Shown piece after piece: positions 28,301 to 37,126 of a stretch of 64,000 nt of DNA; position 1 is the stretch's first letter, and the number at the start of each line of letters is the position of its first letter. The translations under genes and the position numbers were made by a program. Source of the DNA: Candidatus Latescibacterota bacterium. Its GTDB lineage: Bacteria > Latescibacterota > UBA2968 > UBA8231. The stretch covers positions 1,280,001-1,344,000 of the forward strand of contig CBDFJF010000002.1 of NCBI GenBank assembly GCA_965248265.1, written 5' to 3'. The notes beneath the pieces are model-generated. The model worked only from the letters and a program-made list of their open reading frames with translations, was not told where the DNA came from and ran no database searches.

Positions 28301-29271
28301 GACAGGGGGGCGTAGAGGTTTTCTTCCACCATCGAAGCCATGAGGTCGTAGTAGTCGCACCGAATCTTGTCCGTCATCGGGCCGATGTCGTGGAACAGTC
28401 CGATCAGGTGGGGCGCGGGATCATAGCCTTTTTCCGTCTTGAATCGATCGAACAGGGCAGGGGAGCAGAGAATGCTGCCGTTGAGGACGAAGACTTCGTC
28501 CGTGCCGTGGGCCTGCAGCGTCTCGCCGACGAAATCCCCGAGCTCTTCGTCGTACGCCCCCAGCAGCATGCCCAGCCACCGATCCGCCACGAATGGGTGG
28601 AGGTAGTCCAGATCGTGGGGTTGCCCCGTGACCACGGCCACCAGCCATCCCGCCTCACCGGCCTCCCACGTCAGCCTGTGGTCTTTTACGGCAGCGCCCA
28701 GATCTTCAAAAGCTGGATCCTTCAAGGACGAATCCTCCAGTCGCCCGTCGACGGTTTTTCTGTAGGCGGCCGCGTGGAGCACCTCCTCGTCGGCAGGGAT
28801 ATCCACGGTGATGAGACCGGGTGCCTTTGATTCCTCTGTGTGAAGCACCAGACGCCGACCGGCCAGGCTCGGATTTTCCTCGCGCTCGGCGCGTAACCTG
28901 TCCTGAAAGAACTGGCGCGCTGTCCAGTCATTGAGCCATGCGACCATACCCAGCCGACGATGCTCCTCCATGGAGAATCGGGTAAAGTCCCACCACTTCT
29001 GTGTCCAGTAGGGGGGATCTGAACTAAACGGTTCTTCGCCCAAGAACCTGGGGTAGAACCAGGTGCCGGCAACGCCCTTCGCGTTCATCTCTTCCAGTTG
29101 CCACCGCATTCGCTCTTCGTCGAGCTGTCCGGCTTCCCACCACCAGCAGTCTATGGGTCCGTACTCCCTGGGAGGAGATTGGAACTGACGCCGAAGGGTC
29201 TCCGTCGAAGGTGGGGACGCACGTCGCTGTTCGGAAGCGGAGGAATGGGGTTCGCGATCAGACGGCATCAC
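25399..29271 (-). CDS. GH106 (alpha-L-rhamnosidase)-like glycoside hydrolase with C-terminal GH2-type sugar-binding domains
   Basis: FQSPP..WWW, GTDE, KMASSIADLYG, ALGVN, WVPP..FRQPYW, VLDLGRV..VHVNG, VVNTLAN, SGLLGPV. Confidence 0.75.
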   Translation of the reverse strand: MMPSDREPHSSASEQRRASPPSTETLRRQFQSPPREYGPIDCWWWEAGQLDEERMRWQLEEMNAKGVAGTWFYPRFLGEEPFSSDPPYWTQKWWDFTRFSMEEHRRLGMVAWLNDWTARQFFQDRLRAEREENPSLAGRRLVLHTEESKAPGLITVDIPADEEVLHAAAYRKTVDGRLEDSSLKDPAFEDLGAAVKDHRLTWEAGEAGWLVAVVTGQPHDLDYLHPFVADRWLGMLLGAYDEELGDFVGETLQAHGTDEVFVLNGSILCSPALFDRFKTEKGYDPAPHLIGLFHDIGPMTDKIRCDYYDLMASMVEENLYAPLSRGLEKRGLLYTEFCPNGKSEDMLSQTYNYGDFFRYMSHYTIPGNEENSRRTRTFQAKMASSIADLYGRERVGACVYWGTGWGHTTEQNLTWTHENYALGVNLYNRHGVLYSTMGGWYEWVPPEIHFRQPYWQYWKHFTDYVTRLSYILSQGIHQPDVAQLYPLTTIHAHWPAGRMSEEGTRVKFNHPEDFDAAAHEAAKTSYEVAKRIYKGGIDLDFIDDRSLCSGEVGEGQLRLAGMAFRAIVLPPMTTIRTQTLEHIKAFYDSGGTVVACHRLPNASPEQGRDDPNIQALLREIFGIAAGDAVKGSVRQENGQGGKGIFLPPDADASMLPGLLSDAISQDVVASQEEVYHTHRKIGDVDVYFLFNAMSEKRDLSFSMRASGEPQLWNAFNGETTLLHRFQTGDEGRMEVRLGMEPNEGALLVVVPSGGRPQILEDDLTLVTSLEKLGDGLEVRGLCDSGGKKHLRVLHQGEARRSHLIADEPEAPLSLDGHWKVRLEPTMDNRWGDFRYPASETMIGPEARRFRYREEQAGKAGTEMGWHRPELDDDEWQQVTYSYGPYWWTTGPFGEKEPEEILQRALAGEIETGGPYEVEGKRLQWQQYSFSQKFGHEGEETHNTLGGGLRGVSDRFIVFDAGDEDRDATRYLFTNVHSPEEEDYLLDVGGTAEFSREAWVNGERAVSVDSREANAQTVVRLTAGWNSLLLKLVQPKGEGLATFAVLHGVGGAPPLNPKVPLLRWFVEPHRLLYDITPEKESRVGWYRFPAPPGLSSMSLNLKAKAVTAWIDGQSVFVEEDADGNRIVLETPRQDPSQIALRVEQEPGCYAGAAFELPVVFTCEEGRIPLGDWCDFGLATYSGGAVYAKEVKLEEKPRAGKVVLDLGRVATTAEVHVNGKPAGIGMASPYRFDLTQLVKEGPNQIQVKVVNTLANHMSTYPTKYVLEGQTVSGLLGPVKLQFLSEAVFRLEN

Positions 29272-29309
29272 TCAATCCCCGACACGATGCATTGAACGCC
29301 CGTTTGCGT

Positions 29310-30752
29310 TCATGCAGCAAACTGAAACGCGAACAGCTTCGTGGAGCGCATCACGAAGCGCAGCCGTACCGTGGTCTCTCTCAACGCGGACAGATCGGAC
29401 GAACCCTTCCACGTGATCAATTTCGCCACCGAATTGCCGCTGATGGTGTCGCATTGATCCAGGCCAAACGATGCCAGGGCTTGCCCATCGGCAGACTGTA
29501 TCTCGACCTGCAGCCACCCGCCGGCACTACCGTCCATGTTGACTTCAAGGCGCGATCCGGAAAAAATCACGGGCGGTGTGGTGAAGGCCCCGCCGCCGTA
29601 CCCGGCATGGACCGACACGAATCCATCCTGTCGAATTCGAGCCCGGAAGACACCGGCCATGGCCGGGTCCCGGTTCTCGTCCCGATGGTCGTGGCCGACC
29701 CCCCCGTAGTACATCCACAGCTCGTTTTCAACCGGAATGAGCCAGGGATTGGCGTAGATCATGTTGCCGTTAGCCGATCCGTCGGGTCCGAGACGGAGGA
29801 ACGGCTCGCGGTCGGGATGCTGCCACCACGTCATCCCGTCACGTGAAGTCGCCAGCCGGACGTCAACGGTGGATGGAAAGTGGTCCTCCTGCCAGTGGTA
29901 GTAGGCTGCCGGCATCAGGATGTAGGCGTTGGGAACCCCGGGGACCTTCATGCCGCCCGGAGTATAGAAATCGACAGTCGGCCGCATGCCCGGCGTGCCG
30001 GGCACGGGGCTGTCCTCATCGATATCGTCGGCCTTGAATATCTTCTCGGCCCTCGTCCATTCCCGGAAATCGTCCGAAAACATGATTCCGGCCGAGCAAG
30101 TCCGCCCTCTGCCCTCCGGACGCTCCTTGATCCGCACGAAGCCGACGTATTTCTCCAGGTCTTCGTCCCAGAAGCAAAAGCTCTGGGTATCGGCCGCATT
30201 CCCCTTCCACAGGGGATAGCCTTGGTCGCAACGACTCCAGTGCAATCCGTCCGGGGAGACCATCCCCCACAATCCGGTGCCGATGCCCTGCTCTTTCTCC
30301 TGGTCCGTCGCGTAGTACTTCGTCCACAGCTTGTAGCGCTCTGAAGCAAGCCCATGGTCATCGCGGAAGACGCTGCCACCGGCCATACGGGAAGGGGCGA
30401 CGATGCTGTTGCTTTTGGATCCACGAAACTCAATCTGGCCGATCTCCGACTTTTTCCAGTGGACTCCATCCTCCGACTCGGCATGACACAGCGCGCGGTG
30501 GGTCTGTCCATCTGTCCCGTCGGCAACGGCGTCGTACCACATGCGGAACGCACCGTTTTCGCGCAGTACTGTACTGAAGGGACCGAGCCCAAATTCCTCC
30601 CAGGGTTGGTCGGCTGTCAGGACCGGATCACGATCCTGGAATGCTTTTTCCGCGGTTAGGGAGACCCCGTTCGATTCCTCCAGGAACAGCTCATCGAATA
30701 ACAGCTGCTTCCGTGATCCCAGCTCCATCGGCTTTGCATCGTTCGATCCCAT
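29310..30752 (-). CDS. Putative beta-propeller glycoside hydrolase-like protein
   Basis: KQLLFDE, ADQPWE, FRMWY, AESEDGVHWKK, SPDGLHW, ATSRDG, LWMYY, RQDGFVS. Confidence 0.6.
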   Translation of the reverse strand: MGSNDAKPMELGSRKQLLFDELFLEESNGVSLTAEKAFQDRDPVLTADQPWEEFGLGPFSTVLRENGAFRMWYDAVADGTDGQTHRALCHAESEDGVHWKKSEIGQIEFRGSKSNSIVAPSRMAGGSVFRDDHGLASERYKLWTKYYATDQEKEQGIGTGLWGMVSPDGLHWSRCDQGYPLWKGNAADTQSFCFWDEDLEKYVGFVRIKERPEGRGRTCSAGIMFSDDFREWTRAEKIFKADDIDEDSPVPGTPGMRPTVDFYTPGGMKVPGVPNAYILMPAAYYHWQEDHFPSTVDVRLATSRDGMTWWQHPDREPFLRLGPDGSANGNMIYANPWLIPVENELWMYYGGVGHDHRDENRDPAMAGVFRARIRQDGFVSVHAGYGGGAFTTPPVIFSGSRLEVNMDGSAGGWLQVEIQSADGQALASFGLDQCDTISGNSVAKLITWKGSSDLSALRETTVRLRFVMRSTKLFAFQFAA

Positions 30753-30813
30753 GTTAATCCCTCATCAACCCTGCGCGCGGTAATGTGCAGCTACAATGCT
30801 GCGATGCGATGAA

Positions 30814-31803
30814 TCAGTTCCCTTGACTCCGCATGCCCTCGACCCGCTCTATGATCGTGTCCTCCCAGCCGCCCGGTTCCGAGGGCGGGATCTTGTCCTC
30901 CTGGCGCATGGACTCGAGCACCTGCCGCATGCCCTCCTCGAGCGTTATCCGCGGCTGGAATTCGGGGACATCCCTGAACAGATCTTCGGCGCTGTAATAG
31001 CAATTATGAGAGAAGATATTCCTGCAGATGCGGACCGTCGGAACCTCAAACAACTCGAGGTCGTCACAGCTGAGACCTACCATCTCGACGGTCGAGCCCA
31101 ACACCTTCATGGCGGTCTCGTGGTAGCGCCTCCACGGCGTGAAGCCTTCAGGCACCATGTTGTAGGTCTGGCCGATGCACTTTGTCCTGCCCAGCATGTG
31201 AGCGAAGCACAAGGCGGCATCATCCACATGCAGGTGCTGGTGAAAGGCGTGACCGTCGCCGCAGATCAATATCGGACGCCCCTCAACCACCCGGTTGATC
31301 CAGCTGAAATCCCAGGCAATCTGCCGCAGGATTCCCATCTGCGGACCATATGTCGTCGAGGGCTTGACAACGGTAGCGGGGAATTGCTCCTGCTTGAAGG
31401 CCTCAAGAAAAACCTCATCTGCAGCGACCTTGTTGCTTCCGTACTCGGTGATCGGCCGCAGCGGATGATCCACCGTCACCGGGAACCAGTCGTAGTCGAC
31501 GCCGTAGGTGCATACGGTGGAGACCTGAATGAAGTGGCCGACGCCGCGGAATGCCCGCACATCACTGAGCGCGTCCTCGCGATTGTAGCAGATCACATCG
31601 ATCGCCGAGTCGAATGCCTCTCGTTGCATCGTCTCCTCGAAGCGATCGCGTTCGAGCCGGTCCCCGACGATCACTCTGGCGCCCTCGGGCGCCGTGCCGC
31701 GCTGACCCCGGTTGAAGCAGGTGACCTCATGCCCGAGTTCGAGCAACAGCTTGACCGTGCTGGTGCTGATGTTGCCGGTCCCGCCTACGACACAAACCCT
31801 CAT
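30814..31803 (-). CDS. NAD-dependent epimerase/dehydratase family protein
   Basis: VVGGTGNIS, FNRG, YGSNK, VKPSTTYGP, HVDD. Confidence 0.9.
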   Translation of the reverse strand: MRVCVVGGTGNISTSTVKLLLELGHEVTCFNRGQRGTAPEGARVIVGDRLERDRFEETMQREAFDSAIDVICYNREDALSDVRAFRGVGHFIQVSTVCTYGVDYDWFPVTVDHPLRPITEYGSNKVAADEVFLEAFKQEQFPATVVKPSTTYGPQMGILRQIAWDFSWINRVVEGRPILICGDGHAFHQHLHVDDAALCFAHMLGRTKCIGQTYNMVPEGFTPWRRYHETAMKVLGSTVEMVGLSCDDLELFEVPTVRICRNIFSHNCYYSAEDLFRDVPEFQPRITLEEGMRQVLESMRQEDKIPPSEPGGWEDTIIERVEGMRSQGN

Positions 31804-31819
31804 CATAATCTCCTGAGCT

Positions 31820-33412
31820 TCAGTGCGGGGGCTCTTCCGCCTCCGAGTCGAGCCAATAGGAATAGAGCGCCGCGTTCTGTAGCTGGAAACGCAGCTGTAT
31901 GGGGCGATTCAGATGGTTCTGCAAATCGCCCGATGCCCACTGTACGGGAAACCGCTGTTGGTCTCCTCTCACCTCGCTGGAGCGCGCGACCACCGAACCG
32001 CCGTCGATGACCTCGATCGCAAGTGAACCGTGGTCAGCATCGACATTGACGAAGAGCCAAGGATCACTGGCAACGAAGGGGTCCGTCGTCACCATCCCAA
32101 CCTGGGCACTGGCATCCAGAGACATGAAACCGTCTCGCCGCATGGTGGCCAGATTGATGGCGCCCTGTTTTTCATCCGCCTCAGGCGGGGCACTACGGTA
32201 CTTGATTCCGGTGTAGTAGAACGAGAGCTCATCGGCGCTGCGCAGAACCGGTCTCGAAGGGGGCAGAATCTGGCTCAGGTCGTAGGCCCCGGAGCCCACT
32301 TCCGAGGGGCCGATGAAGGGCTGGCGGTCGCCGAGCCTTGTCCAGTTACGCAAGTCCCGGCTGCAGGCGAGCTGGATGTGGTGGAAGCCATCTGAATTCT
32401 CCTTGACGTCGCCCGTGTGATAGAAAAAAGCGGCCAGGCCGATGTAGCGGGATTCGTATCGACTGACACCCATGTAGTAGACATCCACCATGTACTCGGC
32501 CGGTACATTGTGCTGCGGCTGCTGCAGTCTCGGATTGGCCAGGCGCTCGGCGATCACCTGGCGGGCCAGCTCCTGGTCCTCCTCGTCGGCGTGGAAGACG
32601 AGGTCAGGGCCGTTCCAGTGCTCGAAGTCGGAGCTTGTGGCCAGCGCCACCGAGCGTCCGTGCGGCCCCATCTCGCCTTCCTTCAAGGTTGCGATGAAGG
32701 TGCCCGTTGCCCGGTCGTAGGTGAGGATGCCGGTATCACCGCAGGGCATGCCAGGGCAATCCAGCTGGCGCCAGTGAATGCCATCAGCACTCACCGTCAA
32801 ATCGCTCGTCTGATACCGGCCCCGGCCCGAAAAGCGCTCTTCCGGCGCCGCATCGGGGTGCTCTTCGACATGGATGACCCAACTCAGCTGATACTGCGAA
32901 GGGTTGTCCAAAACATGCCCCTGGGGATAGGCGAGTCGCCATGGGTTGTGCTGCAAGCGCCAGTGCTCGCTGGTCGGACTGACCATGCGCTCGTAGGCGC
33001 CGCGCAGTTTCAAGCTTTTGTAGCGGCGAGAGGGATCAGCCTCGTAGGGGTCGTAGATCACCTGCCTGCCGCACTGAGGGGAGACCAGGCTGTTCTCCAA
33101 CGACCCTCTGTACTCGCGGCATCGCAGGGGGGGCCTTACCCAATGCACGCCATCTTCACTTTCGGCGTACGCCGTACCACCCTCCTCCTGAAACCAGATC
33201 TTGTAACAGCGGTCTTCAGGGACCCATGATGGCGCATTCGTGGTCTGCAGAGACCCCGCCCCTTCGGGTTCGATGACGGGACCCTTTTTGTCAGGCTGGT
33301 GGAGCGTATGGGTGACGTTTTCGCGGCTGCAGACGTCATCCAGATCGAGAAAAAGCTGACGCTCGCCGGTAGGGAGTTTCCGCACCGGATCAGTAACCGG
33401 CCAGCTGCTCAC
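31820..33412 (-). CDS. Putative beta-propeller glycoside hydrolase-like protein
   Basis: RQLFLD, YAESEDGVHWVRP, DPSRRYK, SADGIHW, CSRDLRNW, RRDGFMS. Confidence 0.6.
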   Translation of the reverse strand: MSSWPVTDPVRKLPTGERQLFLDLDDVCSRENVTHTLHQPDKKGPVIEPEGAGSLQTTNAPSWVPEDRCYKIWFQEEGGTAYAESEDGVHWVRPPLRCREYRGSLENSLVSPQCGRQVIYDPYEADPSRRYKSLKLRGAYERMVSPTSEHWRLQHNPWRLAYPQGHVLDNPSQYQLSWVIHVEEHPDAAPEERFSGRGRYQTSDLTVSADGIHWRQLDCPGMPCGDTGILTYDRATGTFIATLKEGEMGPHGRSVALATSSDFEHWNGPDLVFHADEEDQELARQVIAERLANPRLQQPQHNVPAEYMVDVYYMGVSRYESRYIGLAAFFYHTGDVKENSDGFHHIQLACSRDLRNWTRLGDRQPFIGPSEVGSGAYDLSQILPPSRPVLRSADELSFYYTGIKYRSAPPEADEKQGAINLATMRRDGFMSLDASAQVGMVTTDPFVASDPWLFVNVDADHGSLAIEVIDGGSVVARSSEVRGDQQRFPVQWASGDLQNHLNRPIQLRFQLQNAALYSYWLDSEAEEPPH

Positions 33413-34181
33413 GCAGGTAGACGGCGGATTTGCGCACCTCCTCGACCCGGTCCTCCGCCTGCCCTTCGTAGACGATGGAGATGGACCCGTTGAATCCGGA
33501 CTTTTTCAAAATCGGGATGATGCGGTCGTAATCCAGCCACTCATCTGTACCGCTTTCCATGCGGTAGAACTTGGTGCGGATGTACATGGCATGCGGTGTG
33601 ATCTCTTCGATGGACCGATAGAAGTCGACGTCCGGCGTTTCGCCTTTGGGGTAGCCCCCCAGCGACCCGATCCACTGGCCGGTATCCATGATGAAGGTAA
33701 AGTTCGCACGATCGGTCTCACGCCAGATTCGCAGCATCACATCGCTCGTCGACGGATGGTTCTGCAGCCCCACGGCGATTCCCTTCGTGGCGGCGTAGTC
33801 GCAGACTTCCTGATACCCGCCGATCATCGCCGGCCACGGATCGCTGCCATCCTCATTCTTCTCCGGCTCCGTCTTGCAGAACACGCGCACGATCGGCGAT
33901 CCAAGGAAGGCCGCCAGGTCGATCGATTCCCTGCACAGTTGATGGAAATCCCGCAGCTGCTCTGCCGTCCCCAGGGGGATTCCGCTGATACCGATGTAAC
34001 CGATCGGGAGGCCAAACTTGAGACACTGCAGCTTGATGGAGGTGAGATACTCCGGGTCCCTGTTCTCGAAACTGCGTTGATGGAAGTCGACGACATCCAG
34101 TCTCATATCGTAGGCCATCTGGAGGAAGTCCTCGATGCTGGTATCCTTCAGACTCAAGTGGTTACATCCGATCTTGATCAT
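33390..34181 (-). CDS. Sugar phosphate isomerase/epimerase (AP endonuclease 2 TIM barrel)
   Basis: LGSPIVRVF, GLQNH, MDTGQW, GSISIVYEG; start ATG 34181 with GAGAGGA RBS. Confidence 0.85.
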   Translation of the reverse strand: MIKIGCNHLSLKDTSIEDFLQMAYDMRLDVVDFHQRSFENRDPEYLTSIKLQCLKFGLPIGYIGISGIPLGTAEQLRDFHQLCRESIDLAAFLGSPIVRVFCKTEPEKNEDGSDPWPAMIGGYQEVCDYAATKGIAVGLQNHPSTSDVMLRIWRETDRANFTFIMDTGQWIGSLGGYPKGETPDVDFYRSIEEITPHAMYIRTKFYRMESGTDEWLDYDRIIPILKKSGFNGSISIVYEGQAEDRVEEVRKSAVYLREQLAGY

Positions 34182-34230
34182 GGTTCCGGTGTCCTCTCTC
34201 GTTGGGGAAGCTCTCGGTGGGGAAGATGTT

Positions 34231-37077
34231 TCAGGGCTCTTGGTCCAGCTCGTCACGCAGTTCACTCAGCGCGGATTCCAGTGCGTCGAGTTCCTCTCCG
34301 GCCCGGGACCAGTCCCATTCCTGCAGCGCCTCACGCGCGCCGCGAAAGTGGGCTTCGGCCCCCGATACCAGTCGTGCGGCCGTCTGCAGCCGAACCTCCG
34401 TGGCCGGGATGTCGCCGGCCGGCGCAAGCGCCGGTTCGGCCTGCGTCCCAGCCGGATCAGGCGCCATGGCAAGTCCAGACTCAACGCCGAAGATCTCGGC
34501 CAGCGCTTCGTCGAATGAGCTGCGCATGATGACCTGGCCGCCAAAGGCCACGATCACCTGTTTCAACTCCGGGATCGCCGTGCTGCGATAGCTCGGCCGC
34601 ATCGGTGCTTGTGGCGGGCCGTCTGCGCCGGTGGTCCTGGGTCCCGGCAGACCGGTGCTCGGCGGTTGCTGACTGGCCTGCAGGTACACCGCCTCCACGT
34701 ACAGGAACGACTCCTCGATGGGAATCGCCAGCATGTTGCCCCGGATCACCTCGGACCCCTTCTGGCCCCAGAGCGTCAACTGGCTCGAGATCTCGGGTTG
34801 CTGGTCGATGCGCGCCTCGAGCTGCATGGGTCCGAAGATCATGCGATCCTTGGGAAGCTGGTACACGAGCAGGTCGCCGTAGTTGTCCCCATCACAGCGC
34901 GCCGCCAGCCAGCCGATCATGTTGTCCTTGCGCGCCGGCGTGAAGGGCACCATGAGCATGAATTCCTCACGTTCCTCGCCGGGCAGCTTGACGATGATGT
35001 AATACGGCGCCATCACCTGTGGACGGTCGCGGTACATCTCATTGGGGATAGCCCACAAATCTTCCTGGTTGTAGAAAACCTGCACGTCCTGCATGTGGTA
35101 GCTGCGGTAGATCATCGCCTGGATATTGAACATGTCGCGCGGGTAGCGCAGATGCCGGCGCAGATCCTCAGGCATGGTTTCGACCGGCTGCAACAGATCC
35201 GGGAAGATCTCAGCGTAGGCTGCGACCAGCGGATCCTCCTCGTTCATTCTATAGAACACGGCCGAGCCGTTGTAGGCGTCCACGACAACCTTCACAGAAT
35301 TGCGGATGTAGTTGACGAGCGCTCGTGGGACGCGCGAGGAATAGGGGTACATGTCCGAGGTCGTATAGGCGTCCAGCACCCAGTACAGCCGTCCCTCGGA
35401 GACGACCATGTACGGGTCCGTGTCGAACTGCAGAAACGGGGCGACCGTTTGCACCCGATCACGGATCTGGCGACGGAACATCACCCGGCTCTCATCCGTG
35501 ATGTAGTTGCTCAGGATCAGATTCAGGTCCATGAACCGCAGCGCAAAGGCGACGCGACCCAGCGGCCCACTCATGGGCACACCGCCCGTGCCGTGGTAGG
35601 TCGAGAACACGTTCTCAGCACCCCTGGGGTAATCGAACTCCTGTGTGGTGGTGTTGGTGACCACGTAGGACCGGGTCTGCTCGCCGTAGTAAATTTCTGG
35701 GCGATCGATCTCCAGGCCCGGGGCGGATACCGGTGGAATGTCGCGCACCAGCAGGTCCGGCAACCCGTCCGGTGTGACCTGGTTCACCGGGCTCATGGCG
35801 ATGCCGTACCCATGCGTGTACTGGAGGCGCTCGTTGACCCAGCTGCGCGCCTGGACTGGCAGTCTGTTCGAGGCCATCTCGCGCGCCGACAGCATGACCT
35901 GACGATATACCCCGTCCACGGTGTACCGGTCTACGTCCACCCCGGGAAACAGGTAGTAGGGACGGATCTCCTGGACCTGCTGGTAGGTCTGCACCAGGGG
36001 CCGCTCATCCCAGATGCGGACGTTGCGAATGGTAAGGGGGTTGGCCCTGATGTCCGCGGCGCTGAGCTGATCCGAGGCGGCAAAGGTCTGCTCCTCGATC
36101 CGGTCCAACCCGTAGGCACGGCGGGTGGCCTCCAGGTTGTGACGGATGTAGGGGGCTTCGCGTGCCAGTTCGTTGGGCTCCACCAGGAAGGTCTGCGCCA
36201 GCGACGATGGAATAATGCCAAGCAGGATCGCAGCGACCACCAGGGCGACGCCGGTGAGCAGGGGTTGGCGCCCACTCGTGGGTCGTGCATTGATCAGAAA
36301 CAGTATGCCCGCCGCCATGAACATGATTACCAAAAGCCTGTAGACCCACATCTGGATGTTGGCGTCCACGTAACCGGCTCCGAAGGCGACCCAGTCCTCC
36401 GAGTACAGCAGGCCGAAGATCTTGAACCGGTACACCCATGCCACGGCGAGCAGGAACAGACCTACCAGGACCGACAGGTGCGCGCCGGGTCGCGGCAGCA
36501 CGACGATCGTTTCCTGGAAGCGGATGCCGCCGCCTGACATGTAGACGACGCAGACCGCGACCAGCGACAGGATGATGCTGCCCAGCAAGAAGCCGGCAAG
36601 AAAACGCAGAAACGGGAGTTCGAAGACGTAGTAGCCGATATCCAGAGCGAAGATCGGGTCAGTCAGGCCAAAGGGCAGGTCGTTCAGAAAGCGCAGCCAC
36701 AGGAGCCACTGGCCCGAACCGATGCGCGCCATCACCACGACCAACACCGCCCCGGCTACCAGGTAGGCCGTGCGAGAGCGAAGAAGCGGGTCGACCGGAC
36801 CTCCCTGCTGCCCCTCCACCGGCGAGCCCGTGCCCCCCAGCACCTGCAGCATGTTCCGGCGCGCCACAGCCAGATTGGGTCCGATCAGCAGCGCCGCCAA
36901 CAGACCGAAAAAGCCTCCGGCCAGCAGGCGGGCACGGACCATGCGCCAGTATACGGATTCCAGGTCCAGGCTCTGGAACCACAGCCAGTTGGTGTACACC
37001 GTGGCCAGCGTGAGGGCACCTGTGACGGCGACCAACAGTGCGACCGCCAGTGCCCAGAGACGTCGTCTGCTTGCCAA
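34231..37077 (-). CDS. UPF0182 family membrane protein
   Basis: WLWFQSL, DPIFALDIGYYVFELP, NVRIWD, VDVDRY, YTHGYG, NYIRNSVKVVVDAYNG, HLRYP, VIRGNML; TTG start with GAGGTG RBS. Confidence 0.93.
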   Translation of the reverse strand: MASRRRLWALAVALLVAVTGALTLATVYTNWLWFQSLDLESVYWRMVRARLLAGGFFGLLAALLIGPNLAVARRNMLQVLGGTGSPVEGQQGGPVDPLLRSRTAYLVAGAVLVVVMARIGSGQWLLWLRFLNDLPFGLTDPIFALDIGYYVFELPFLRFLAGFLLGSIILSLVAVCVVYMSGGGIRFQETIVVLPRPGAHLSVLVGLFLLAVAWVYRFKIFGLLYSEDWVAFGAGYVDANIQMWVYRLLVIMFMAAGILFLINARPTSGRQPLLTGVALVVAAILLGIIPSSLAQTFLVEPNELAREAPYIRHNLEATRRAYGLDRIEEQTFAASDQLSAADIRANPLTIRNVRIWDERPLVQTYQQVQEIRPYYLFPGVDVDRYTVDGVYRQVMLSAREMASNRLPVQARSWVNERLQYTHGYGIAMSPVNQVTPDGLPDLLVRDIPPVSAPGLEIDRPEIYYGEQTRSYVVTNTTTQEFDYPRGAENVFSTYHGTGGVPMSGPLGRVAFALRFMDLNLILSNYITDESRVMFRRQIRDRVQTVAPFLQFDTDPYMVVSEGRLYWVLDAYTTSDMYPYSSRVPRALVNYIRNSVKVVVDAYNGSAVFYRMNEEDPLVAAYAEIFPDLLQPVETMPEDLRRHLRYPRDMFNIQAMIYRSYHMQDVQVFYNQEDLWAIPNEMYRDRPQVMAPYYIIVKLPGEEREEFMLMVPFTPARKDNMIGWLAARCDGDNYGDLLVYQLPKDRMIFGPMQLEARIDQQPEISSQLTLWGQKGSEVIRGNMLAIPIEESFLYVEAVYLQASQQPPSTGLPGPRTTGADGPPQAPMRPSYRSTAIPELKQVIVAFGGQVIMRSSFDEALAEIFGVESGLAMAPDPAGTQAEPALAPAGDIPATEVRLQTAARLVSGAEAHFRGAREALQEWDWSRAGEELDALESALSELRDELDQEP

Positions 37078-37126
37078 AAATCACCTCATCGATTCGGGGG
37101 AGGGAAGAAATGGACCCAGCGGCGAC

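Noticed and set aside
34609-36537. 642-aa plus-strand ORF
   Set aside because: Antisense shadow of the UPF0182 gene; no motifs; typical of GC-rich codon bias
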